From assembly GCF_009914755.1 (NCBI RefSeq), contig NC_060925.1: a stretch of DNA of 64,000 bases. One strand, 5' to 3'. Source of the DNA: the human T2T-CHM13v2.0 reference genome, Homo sapiens. Position numbers and translations under genes: made by a program. Under the pieces are notes generated by a model, which was not told the origin of the DNA, ran no database searches, and saw only the letters and a list, made by a program, of their open reading frames with translations. Of the stretch, positions 47,466 through 62,539 are shown one piece after another. Every line of letters begins with the position of its first letter. Position 1 is the first letter of the stretch.

Positions 47466-48059
47466 AATTGTAAAGTAATTTATCTTTAAGTAGAATTTTA
47501 ATTATGCCTAATTAAGTTTGAGGAAAAATAAGAGTTGCTATATGAATAATTTTCTTTCAGATATGTGTAATGTAATTATGTCTGTACCAATAATACCAAT
47601 AAAATAAGGTGTTTAAAAGGTATTAAAATTCTGCAACTCCAATACTAAAATGAACACAATTCCAGGATACGATTTAATCACACCATAAACAAATTTCTAC
47701 AACACCAGTTGCCAAATATTCCAAATATGTAAGCTTTAATTTTGCATAGTATTTAAGGAATTAAAAAAGGAATGCAAGAGTATGAAAATTAAGTGTATTA
47801 GAATAGCAAGTCTTGTTAGCTCTTCCTTCAAAATCGCAATCTAATCCCTTCCCAATAATTCAAACAGTACACCCAAGCCACTATTATCTCACAAGGATCA
47901 TGGGAAGAGCTGCATAATTGGTCTCCCTGCTTCCAATCTTCCATTCTTGCCCCGCTAAAGTTCACAAAGTGCAAGAGTGGTTTTTCAAAAGGCAAATTTA
48001 TGTTCAAAACCCTTCCATGGTTTCCATTTGCACTTAGAATTAGAAACCCTCACCAGTTT

Positions 48060-48358
48060 CTTTTCTTTTTTCTTTTGAGACAGAGTCTCACTCTGTTGCC
48101 CAGGCTGGAGTGTAGTGGCGCAATCATGGCTCACTGCAGCCTTGACCTTCCTGGGCTCTGGTGATCCTCCCACCTCAGCTTCTCAAGTTGCTGGGAGTAC
48201 AGGGGCACGCCACCACGCCTGGCTAATTTTTGTATTGTTTTATAGAGACGGGTTTTCACCATGTTGCCCAGGCTGGTCTTGAACTCCTGAGCTCAAGGAA
48301 TGCTCTGGCCTCAGCCTCCCAAAGTGTTTGGATTACAGGCATGAGCCACTGCACCCAA
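48060..48358 (-). mobile_element. AluJ within L2 remnants
   Basis: Reverse AluJ; TSD CCTCACCAGTTTCT. Confidence 0.9.
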
Positions 48359-48922
48359 CTCCTCACCAGTTTCTCTAACTTCATTTTCAATACTCTCCTC
48401 CTCACTCACTATGCTTCAGTTACCTTGCCAATCTTTTAATTCCTCAAACCAGACATCCTTGTTTCTGACTCAGGTCTTTCCTTTTACTTTTGTCCCTACC
48501 TGGGATAATCTGCCTCCAAATGTTCACATGACAGCCTCTTTCTCAGCACTCAGATCACTGCTTACACATCATCTCTTTGAGAAGCTTCTCCTGACCACTG
48601 TATCGAAAATAGTACCCTGACAATCTCTCCCCAACAAAGACCATTTTCATTCTCTCTTTAATCTCTTGAGCCTTCTTTATTTTCTATATGAACTTAACTC
48701 TATCTGAAATTACATTTGTTCCTCTACTTATCTCCTATATCTCCCACTAAATACAACTCCACGAGGGGACGGACTTTGTTTGGGTCACAGCCATATCCTT
48801 AAGTAATCAGAATAGCTCTACATCATGGTAGCCACTTAATATATTTGGTAAGTTAAAAAAAAAAAAAGAATCTAATTGATTTGAAGGACTTCTAACTGGA
48901 AGAAATTAGGAAAAAATCTTAC

Positions 48923-49008
48923 ATATTTATTGCTTATTGGTCTCTTCAAAAAAGCATCTCTAGAAATATGGTCCGCTGTTCTTGCCACATCTTCCAAAAA
49001 TCGATAAT
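48923..49008 (-). CDS. ZNHIT6: ZNHIT6 exon 4 ([29 protein letters not shown])
   Basis: TTTTTAG| acceptor, |GTAAGA donor, 86 nt; DYxFLE motif of Bcd1 family. Confidence 0.96.
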
Positions 49009-49093
49009 CTAAAAATTTCAAAACAGAAGAATAAACAAGTGACATATACCAATGGCCAGGAAGCCTCAATTTGCTATGCATAAAGTGGCTTAC

Positions 49094-49200
49094 CACTTAG
49101 GAGATTCATTTCAGTAAACTGTTGTATTGAAATGTATGCAGTTTTATCTCGAACTCCATTACATGTCAGTTCTGCTTTGTGTTTCTTTACACAGGGCAAA
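49094..49200 (-). CDS. ZNHIT6: ZNHIT6 exon 3 ([36 protein letters not shown])
   Basis: TTTTCAG| acceptor, |GTAAGC donor, 107 nt, frame continues; completes zf-HIT. Confidence 0.96.
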
Positions 49201-49286
49201 CTGAAAAGACAAAGGGGAAGTACTTTTATATTTTAGGGTAAGAAAGGTACAGATACAGGTTAAAAGGTAGGAAGTTACATGTATAC

Positions 49287-49352
49287 CTGCAGGAATATCG
49301 CATACAACGTGGACATCTGTACTTTGCTTCTTCTGTACCACAAGTCTCACAC
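49287..49352 (-). CDS. ZNHIT6: ZNHIT6 exon 2 (zf-HIT first part, [21 protein letters not shown])
   Basis: TTTTGTAG| acceptor, |GTATAC donor, 66 nt, phase 2-2, CxxC...CxxC zinc ligands. Confidence 0.96.
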
Positions 49353-50473
49353 CTACAAAAGCCCACATGTAACATTAAATTATCAAATATTAATTGTATT
49401 TATTTATAAACTTAGAATTCCCAATCAATTTATAAACTCAGTGACAAGTAACTGATAAAATATTTGATAGCTGTTGAACATCATTTGAAAATTCTTCTCT
49501 ATGAAACCTTCCCAAAACAACTACATTTCCAATGTTGTTAGTGATATGTAACTCAGGAAAATGTATTAAAATTTTTAAAACCCATCTCGCTTTTGACTTC
49601 TTTTTCTACTATAATCAGGGAATGAGATTATTCACTGATATTTTAACTTGTGATTCCTGGAAATGTGGTAATGATTGTATGTGTGTGTATCCAGAAGTCC
49701 AATTCATGAGCTATGTTTAGATATTTTTAAAGCACACACCAGACAAAGAATATAAGGCCAAGTGAAATTTAGAGAGTAGTAGTAGCACCCTTTTTCCTGA
49801 ACTCCACGCCTAATCTAGAATGAGCATCGAAATAATCTAGAAATGCCATGTAACCCATCATCTGTCCTCAACTGCTCTTCTATGCTCCTGGGATACTGAC
49901 AACCAAACTACAGTTACTTCTATTTAGCCCACTGTGTTCTAGACGGGAATATTCTCAAGAATCTGACTACTCTTATTTCCTTTGTCACATGATCCACACA
50001 CTAAGGAAATTCAATCAAAAGCAATAAATATTCACAGCACCCATGAAGAAGCTTGATAATTGAGGTCAAGTGTATTTTTGCCTAGTTTTAACTTAATCTA
50101 CTTTGTCATTGTTAGTTTTATTAGACTTTCTCATCTCTACTCTCTCTCAAAGGAATACCGAGTAAAGAGCATATTAAGTCAAGCCAGATCCAGTTCCAAC
50201 TGATCTTTTGGTCCCCAGAATTTCCACTTTCCTAACTTGACCATTACCCATTGGACACTACCAATTTCATGTATTTTCACTGAATTTGTTGTGTTGTCAT
50301 GTACAACACCCTCCACTTCCCAACCCACCCCCGCGAACGCCGTCTGACTCCAGAAACCCAAACTTGTGCTCATTTTTCATTATTCCACCTTCTCCTGATA
50401 GTGTGGTTTCCTTCACTCTAGACATGAGGACTCCACAGCTTTATTCCCCTAAATGGAATCCCCCATGCCCTAC

Positions 50474-51129
50474 CTTGACATGGCCAGTTTCCGCTTGCAG
50501 CCCACCGGGTGATTTATCGGAGGCTCTTCTTTCACCTTTGTATCATCCACGATTTCTTTCTTCAGGAAATCCTTCTCTTCTTTTACACACTCTCCATGCA
50601 TCAATTCCTCTTTTATGCATTGACCAACAAACTTCTCCTCCTGTTTTATCTCCAAGTTATCCTTCTCTTCCTTCACTTCTGACCAGTCCATTACCTCTTC
50701 CTTTACCTTCTCTTCCTTTACCTCTGGTTCACCCACCTTCGCTTCTTTTACCACTAAACTACTATCCGTCTCCTGCTTCACCTCCAATACGCCTGCGTTC
50801 TCATCCTTCACCTCAGGCCTATCCTCCACCTCCTGTTCTACCCACTGGCCAGCCAACCTGCCTTCTGTACCTGGCCAGTCTATAATTTCCTGCTTCACTA
50901 CCGTTAGGTCCATCGGTATTTCCTCTGGCCTTTGTCCACTTCCTTCCTCTCCATCCCCTATCTCCTTTATCCCTGTCAGCCCTGTCCCCTCCTCTCCGCC
51001 GCCGAACTCCTCCGCCCCTGCTAAGTCCCTTACTCCCTCCCTGCCAGGCTCTGGACTTAGCCGCACCCCCTCAGCTACGCTGTGGAGACCTCCCCCAGAC
51101 TTCCCTTCATTTTCAGCAGCAAACTCCAT
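50474..51129 (-). CDS. ZNHIT6: ZNHIT6 coding exon 1 (M1-R219 partial; acidic low-complexity N-terminus)
   Basis: Translates [14 protein letters not shown]...CKRKLAMSR, recognised as the human ZNHIT6/BCD1 N-terminus; 656 nt, ends at AG|GTAGGG donor (phase 2). Confidence 0.97.
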
Positions 51130-51420
51130 CAACTCACGATCCTTGGCCTCTGCTGCCACTCTATCCTTCAATGTGGCTGCTGCACACCAATAGGAGGAAT
51201 TACCGGTCGGAATACCTACGGCGGCCCACGTGTGGAGCCAAGCAGCCACAAACCCGGAATAGCCTGCTTGACGCGACTGCTCGAATCGCCGTAAAGCTAC
51301 GCTTTTGCGCCTCGCCCCTTCACGACTTGTAGAGCTCTTTACGGCTCTGCGGAGGCCCTGCCGGATTCTCTGGGCGAACAAGCGTAACTGCGTGACTTGC
51401 CCGCTGGGGTTCTCGTCTCC
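50990..51420 (-). promoter_or_regulatory. CpG-rich promoter / 5'UTR region of ZNHIT6
   Basis: Only strongly CpG-dense non-Alu segment in the window, directly around and upstream of the ATG; E-box CACGTG 51227-51232, CCGGAAT 51254-51260, CRE-like TGACGCGA ~51269; no TATA box seen. Confidence 0.85.
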
Positions 51421-51422
51421 CT

Positions 51423-52178
51423 CCTGGTTTCCACCACCCTCTTCCCTTAGAGAAGCCTCCTGGGCCACTCCCTGGGCCACCCTCCACGCCCTGCTGGGTG
51501 TAAAGAGTGTAGGAGACCGGCAGAGGGAGAGAAGCGAAACCCTTACACTCTGGAAGTGGGAAAACCCACCCTAATCTGTGTTAACCATTAAATCCAATCT
51601 TGCATGAAAATGGAGGACACACCTGATGTTATTAGGCCTTTCCAAGCTTTAGTTTCTTAAAGCTATAAACTAGGGACCATGGTATTATTAATATAAATCT
51701 CCCAGTGTCATTGCAAAGATTATACGAGATCATGCATGGAAATCAACTAGCAGTGACGGACACAAACTCGATATATAACTGGGAATCCTGATGGGCTTCA
51801 AACCGCCTGGTTTCCACCACCCCCTTCCCTTAGGGAAGCCTCCTGGGCCACACCCTAGGCCACCCTCCACGCCCTACTGGGTGTAAACAGTGGAGGAGAC
51901 CGGCAGAGGGAGAGAAGCGAAACCCTTACACTCTGGAAATGGGAAAACCCACCCTTATCTGTGTTAACCATTAAATCCAATCTTGTATGAAAAAGGACAC
52001 ACCTGATGTTACACCTTTGCAAGCTTTAGTTTCTTGAAGCTATAAACTAGGGAGCATGGTATTATTAATATAAATCTCCCAGTGTCATTGCGAAGATAAT
52101 ATGAGATCATGCATAGGAATCAACTGTCAGTGACAGACACAAACTCAGTGTATAACTGGGAATCATGATGGGTTTCAA
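51423..52178. repeat. Tandem duplication of ~380 bp (51423-~51801 and 51806-52178)
   Basis: Both copies begin CCTGGTTTCCACCACC, share long identical blocks and end ...GATGGG(C/T)TTCAA. Confidence 0.95.
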
Positions 52179-52299
52179 GTAGGAAAGAGGGCATTAATTT
52201 TTCTTTCCATTCTTTCTAAGTAACAGCCTGCGTCAGGCTATTCCCCATTCCCAGCATTCTGCAGGATTCTCTCAGAGAACATCATAAATATATTAGGCG

Positions 52300-55500
<3,201 letters not shown>

Positions 55501-55825
55501 TTTAGGAGTTTTCGTCTATGAAGGATGTTTATTTATCTGTAGTTCTTTTTTCTTGTAATGTTAGGTTTTGTTATCAGAGTTTTCTGCATACCTTTTAACT
55601 TTTATGTTTCCCATCTCTTTATTGCTTCCAGATACTTTCTGGGAGAGTTCCCCAAGTAATTTCTACCTTACTATTTTGGTATTTGATGGTATGCAATCTG
55701 TTAGTCAACCTATCCACTAAGCTCATTTCAGTCACTATGTTTTTCATAACCATTGTCTGTAGCTTATTTTGCTTCATATTTCTAATATCCCTTTTTATCT
55801 CTCTGAAGGTAGTCCTTTAACTCGT

Positions 55826-56182
<357 letters not shown>

Positions 56183-57072
56183 TAAATTATCCAGCTTAAA
56201 AAAATCTTTTAGAATTACAGTCCAGATTTTATAATATTTTCTCTGGTGAGCTCCTATTCCTTTGAGAGTATTAGCAAGCATAGTTGTAATTCATATTTGA
56301 AAGGTAGGATCAAAAGCATAGGATTTGGATTGCAACTCTTCTGGTTATTCTTTTCAGTGTGGAGGGTAAGCAGAAGAGTGGATGAGCATCATGGTAGAAA
56401 GCCTCTGGTGTTACAATCTGGGCTGCACTAGCCCCACTCTGCCCTCCTATGAAGAGCATACGCCTCTCAGGTTAACTTCCAGTACTCCCACATTGCCATC
56501 CCATTTCCAAGAGCTGCTGTCTTCTGGGTAATCATCTAGACTTTTGGGTGGAGGGAAGAAGACAACTGTTCTAAACCAACTGGTATACACAGTTATCAGC
56601 TTTCCTGGTGTTCTTCTGCCTCCTTGGACACTTGCTGGGCTAACTTTGTGTTTTTATAAGCATCTTGAGTTGAGGTGGGCCACGATCCACCCAAGCTAAT
56701 GTAGGGTAGAAAAGGGAACAATCAGAGATTCTATCCTTTCATCCACCCTCTACCTCCATTAGTGTCCCTCTTTGTCCCTCCAGGCTTTCCTTTCTCCACC
56801 ACAATGGACCCAACTCCCTTTCACCTCCTAAGGGTTTTCAGAGTTTCCTAGTTAGGCTCATTATTTATCCCCTCCCCCCCATATATGTGGCATCTTCAGG
56901 AATGGATTTGGAGACTCCAGGAGACAATAGCTTTGTTAGTTTGCTATCTTTTCAGAAACAAGAAGTTACCAGATTGAACTTTTTATTTAGCAATACTGTA
57001 TGGTAAAGAATTTGTGAAATTATTTGAGGGATATCCCAAATATCCTTTCTTCTGGGCTTCCCATGACACTGC

Positions 57073-58066
57073 TATCGGGGGAACCAGCCCCCAATATTTC
57101 AATGTAGGTTCTTTTCTATTTTCCCTAAGTGTTGGCAGGTCTGAGAAATAAAGAGAAAGAGTGCAAAAGAGAGAAATTTTATAGCTGGGTCTCCAGGGGT
57201 GACATCACCTGTCAGCAGGTTCTGTGATGCCCCCAAGCTGCAAAACCAGCAACTTTTTATTGGCGATTTTCAAAGGGGAGGGAGTGTACGAATAGGGTGT
57301 GGGTCACAGAGATCACATGCTTCAAAAGGCAATAAAATATCACAAGGCAATTGGGGGCAGAGCAAGATCACAAGGCCAGAGCGAAATTAGAATTGCTGAT
57401 GAGGTTTCATTTCCCACTGTGCATGCATCGTCACTGATAAACATCTTAACAGGAAACAGGGTTTGAGAGTAGACAACCCTTCTGACTAGAATTCATCAGG
57501 CCAGAATTTCCTAATCCTAGCAAGCCTAAGGGCGCTGCAGGAGACCAGGGCGTATTTTATCCCTTATCTTCAACTGCATAAGACGGACACTCCCAGAGCA
57601 GCCATTTTAGAGGCCTCCCCCTGGGAATGCATTCTTTTCCCAGGGCTGTTCCTTGCTGAGAAAAATAATTCAGCAATATTTCTCCTATTCGCTTTTGCAA
57701 GAAGAGAAATATGACTCTGTTCTGCCCGGCCCTGCAGGCAGTCAGACCTTACGGTTAGCTCCCTTGTTCCCTGAAAATCGCTGTTATCCTGTTCTTTTAG
57801 GACGCACAGATTTCATATTGTTCAAACACACATGTTTTACAAACAATTTGTACAGGTAACACAATCATCACAGGGTCCTGAGGCGACGTACATTCTCAGC
57901 TTATGGAGATGATGGGATTAAGAGATTAAAGTAAAGACAGGCATAGGAAATTATAAAAGTATTAATTTGGGGAACTAATAAATGTCCATGAAATCTTCAC
58001 AATTTATGTTATTCTGCCATGGCTTCAGCTGGTCCCTCCGTTTGGGGTCCCTGATTTCCAGCAACA
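57073..58066 (-). mobile_element. MER11 (HERV-K11/HML-8) solo LTR
   Basis: Reverse complement starts TGTTGCTGGAAATCAGGGACCCCAAACGGAGGGACC like MER11; ~994 bp; TSD CACTGC/CACTAC. Confidence 0.9.
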
Positions 58067-58329
58067 CACTACTCAAATTTTTCCAGGATGCCTAAATGTT
58101 TCATTATATTCACAACTTTGAGGCAATGCAGAAACTGCATATGCTTGTCCATGGACCGTTGCATCAGCATCACCTGGTGTACTTAATCAGAAACAGATCT
58201 CTGGATCTCTCCCTAGAGGTATTTAACAAAATGGAGAGAGTTGCTGGGAAATTTATATTTTTAACAAGTGTATCTGAGTGGTACTTTTGATGTATAAACA
58301 GCTTTGGGAACCATTGGGCGAAGTTATTA

Positions 58330-58935
<606 letters not shown>

Positions 58936-59852
58936 AGCGTTATAACAGAAGTGTATTAAAATTCAAATTTCAATTAGTTGAGATTAACATAGTCAAGAAC
59001 TAGCATATTAGTTAACTTATCAATATGTTAACTTAGTCAATATTTTTCTTTTCAATTAATTCTCCAAAGTACACTGTGAACATTGTTACAAATCAAAGTC
59101 TGATAATGTCAATCATGTCCTTAAAAACGTTCAATGCCTAATTTTTGCTTTTAAGATAAAGAACTAAATCCTTATTATGGTCTTGTGAAGATCCCTCATA
59201 TTCTGGCCAATATTTTCTCTCCAGTTTTATCTCTTAATTACTCATTCTTCAGATGGCAAGTCAAGCACTACTTTCCTTAGGGAAGCATTTTTGACCTCTC
59301 CTCCTCCCCTATGCTCAACCTAGATCATGGTTTTTTTGTGTGTGTGTGTGTGTGTGTGTTTAGAGAACTTATTTCAAGTTATAATTATGTATTTACTTAT
59401 ATTATCACTTTATTAACATCAGTTTCTCCCCCAGACAGTAAGCTTACAAGGACCCTGCATTTTTTTCTCAACAACTCAGAGTGCAGTGTCTGATACACGA
59501 CAATAAAATGTAAAAATATGAAGGACTTCAGCACCTATTATGCATCACACAATGTGCTGTGCTGTGCTGTGTGATTATAAGTATTAAAATCTACCATTTG
59601 CCTACAAGGAGCTCACAGTTCAGTGAAGGGAGATAAACATGAAAATAGCAAAAATGAAACACTGAAGCAAGTAATTAGAATATTGAATGTGATCTTAAGT
59701 GTAAGTAGCATGTATTCCTGTGTGGGGAAAGTTAGGAAGATTTTTCTGAGGAGCTTGAAGAATGAATGGGAGTTGGCCAGGAAGACAGGGCAGGAGAGCT
59801 TTCCAGATGGGAATGAGAAAGTAGAATATGTTCAGGGCACATCAGAGAGTCT

Positions 59853-60176
59853 TGTGGTTTGAATGTGTACCCCAAAAGTCCATGTGTTGGAAACTTAATC
59901 CCTAACCCAACAGTGTTGAGAGGAGGGGCCTAATAAGAGGTGATTGGTTTAAGAGGGTAGAACATTCATGAATGGATTAATCTTAGCATGAAAGTGGGTT
60001 AGTTATCATGTGACTGAGTTTTTGTAAAACAAATCCAGCGTGGGATAACCCTCACTAGACACTTGCACCATGCTCTGGACTTTCCAGCCTCCAGAACTGT
60101 GAGAAATAAATTTCTTCTCTTTAAAAAGTACTGAGTCTGTGGTATTTTATTATAGCAACAGAGAACAGACTAGGAC
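59853..60176 (+). mobile_element. MST-type MaLR LTR
   Basis: TGTGGTTTGAATGTGTACCCCAAAAG...CCAGCCTCCAGAACTGTGAGAAATAAATTTC...AGACTAGGACA. Confidence 0.8.
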
Positions 60177-60379
60177 AGATATTTAAATATGGTGGGAGAG
60201 TGCTGACTTTGATAAGAAAGGAAAGAGAAAATGTTGACAAGTGATCAAAAATCAGGTCACCAAGGCTTTGTAGGCCTTCCAGAGAAGCTTGCACTTCTTC
60301 ATCCTGCAGGTGATAAAGAGCCAGATTCACTTCCTGAGCTTGGGTTCTAAGGTTGGGGCACAGAAGTAAGGTGAGGGAA

Positions 60380-60690
60380 GAAACCACAGATTGGTTCTGG
60401 GTATGATTATTCTTAACAGGGGATAGTGACTTATACCATGATTTGGATGGACCTATTATGACCACACAAATAACTGTTTCCAAAGAATTGCCTGGATTGA
60501 TTACTGGCAAAGCATTATTTGGATCAAACAAATACCTCATACATTTAGGTGGTTCAATCATAACTGATGTTCCTCTAGAAGGATCCAATAATTGGCTAAT
60601 TACTACTACAGAAATTCAGGACCTGATACAGAAGGCATAGTATTTGCTGCAGAGACGTATGTGAAATTTATTTCTAAAAAGATTTTAGAA
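60380..60690 (+). pseudogene. Processed pseudogene fragment of HNRNPK (C-terminal region and KH3 domain)
   Basis: Translation PQIGSGYDYS*...DLDGPIMTTQITVSKELPGLITGK...GGSIITDVPLEGSNNWLITTTEIQDLIQKA*YLLQ aligns to hnRNP K PQGGSGYDYSY...[24 protein letters not shown]...[35 protein letters not shown]; stops and frameshifts; no introns. Confidence 0.88.
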
Positions 60691-61219
60691 TTTTTTTAAA
60701 TTTCAATTTATTATTATTATTTCTCTTTAACACAAGGCCTAAAAGGAGCAAGTTTTACCAGCCAGAATAATATTTGGCTATGAAAACCAAGCTAAAGAAA
60801 TTCTGATTGTTTTAATTTCTCGCTTCCAACTATCAAACCAAAAACTTGCTAATGTCTACTAATTTAAAGATTTCTACCAAGTTGTTTTTTCATTGTATGA
60901 AGTCTTGAAAAAAAAAAACAGTATTTTTTGGAGTGTATTGAATTATGTGGAAAACATTTGGGAACAAAAATTATTTTAACTGTGAATGTTTTATATAGTA
61001 TCTTGGAATTTGCATTATTAGTTAAATGAGAACCTCTTTTATACACTGAAAATGCTCAAGTGAAAAAATTAAATGTAATATCAATAAAGTTTAAATAAAG
61101 TTTTAATTTCCTAGTAGTTGAGGAAGATCCTTATGCCTTCATGAGGAATGCCCTTTTCATGAGGAATGCCCTTTTCATGAAACTGGGTTTCAACTATTTG
61201 CTTCAAGAAGTGAAAAATT

Positions 61220-61599
<380 letters not shown>

Positions 61600-62539
61600 T
61601 TATTTTTAATGGATTGTTACTGAGATTATTTTTTGTACTTGTGTGCAGTTCTAAAATTCTACTGCTACGCACAGCCAAGATGACAGCTCAGATTCCCCAT
61701 CAGTTGCTCTTCTCCAAAGAGGTATCATTTTTCTAACTTGGCTTTAAACAATGCTAGGACTCTGAATCCAAAGCACACAGATTGCATAATTGTGTACCCA
61801 GGCTTAGGTGACAACAACTTCATCATAGCTCACATAGCCAATTAATATATAGATAATGAGGAAAAAGTTACACCCAACAGGACATACATTGAAGGCTTAG
61901 CTCACACTTATTTTTGAAACTATAAAACCTGCCAGTCTTGCGTAGGAGGGCCAAACTCTTATATTTTGGTCAGGACATGAGATCTGCCAAAGTGCCTCCT
62001 GCCAAACACCATGTTTCTACTGCTCAGGTTGTTTCTGTGCCCCTAGAAGTGATCCTCCTCTTTATTACAAAATCATCAAGCACGCAAAAAACTCCTTTTT
62101 GCTTCCCATGAAAAGAACTACATTTGTGTTTCATTCAAGGTGAAAAGCAGGGGAAGATCTAGGTTTTGCGAAGCCTGAAACTCGTTCAATTTATGCTCTT
62201 CTATGTTAAAAAGAACCAAAAATTATTGTACTTTTATAAACTTTACAAACATGGAGGCCCATGTGAACACATTTTGAAGGCCATTTCAGGGATTTAAAGC
62301 TTACATTTGTTAGCTTCATGGCAACTCTGCCTCTATATAAAGAATATTTGATAGAATTTTAAAATTAACTTGTTCTACCTTTTAGGCTTTAGTTTAATGA
62401 GCCAAACTATTTTGTCAATGGGAAAATATGTTTACAGTGTAATTTGTGAATTTAAAGATTTTACTTTTGACTGATGGTTACCTCAATCTATGTGTATAAG
62501 TGTTGTGATTTGAATATTTGTGCTGTTAACTGTATGAGA

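Noticed and set aside
50286-50885. 199-aa plus-strand ORF rich in P/S/L
   Set aside because: Antisense shadow of purine-rich ZNHIT6 exon 1; non-ATG start; no domain
60121-60588. 155-aa minus-strand ORF
   Set aside because: Spans the antisense of the HNRNPK fragment and the MST LTR; no recognisable protein
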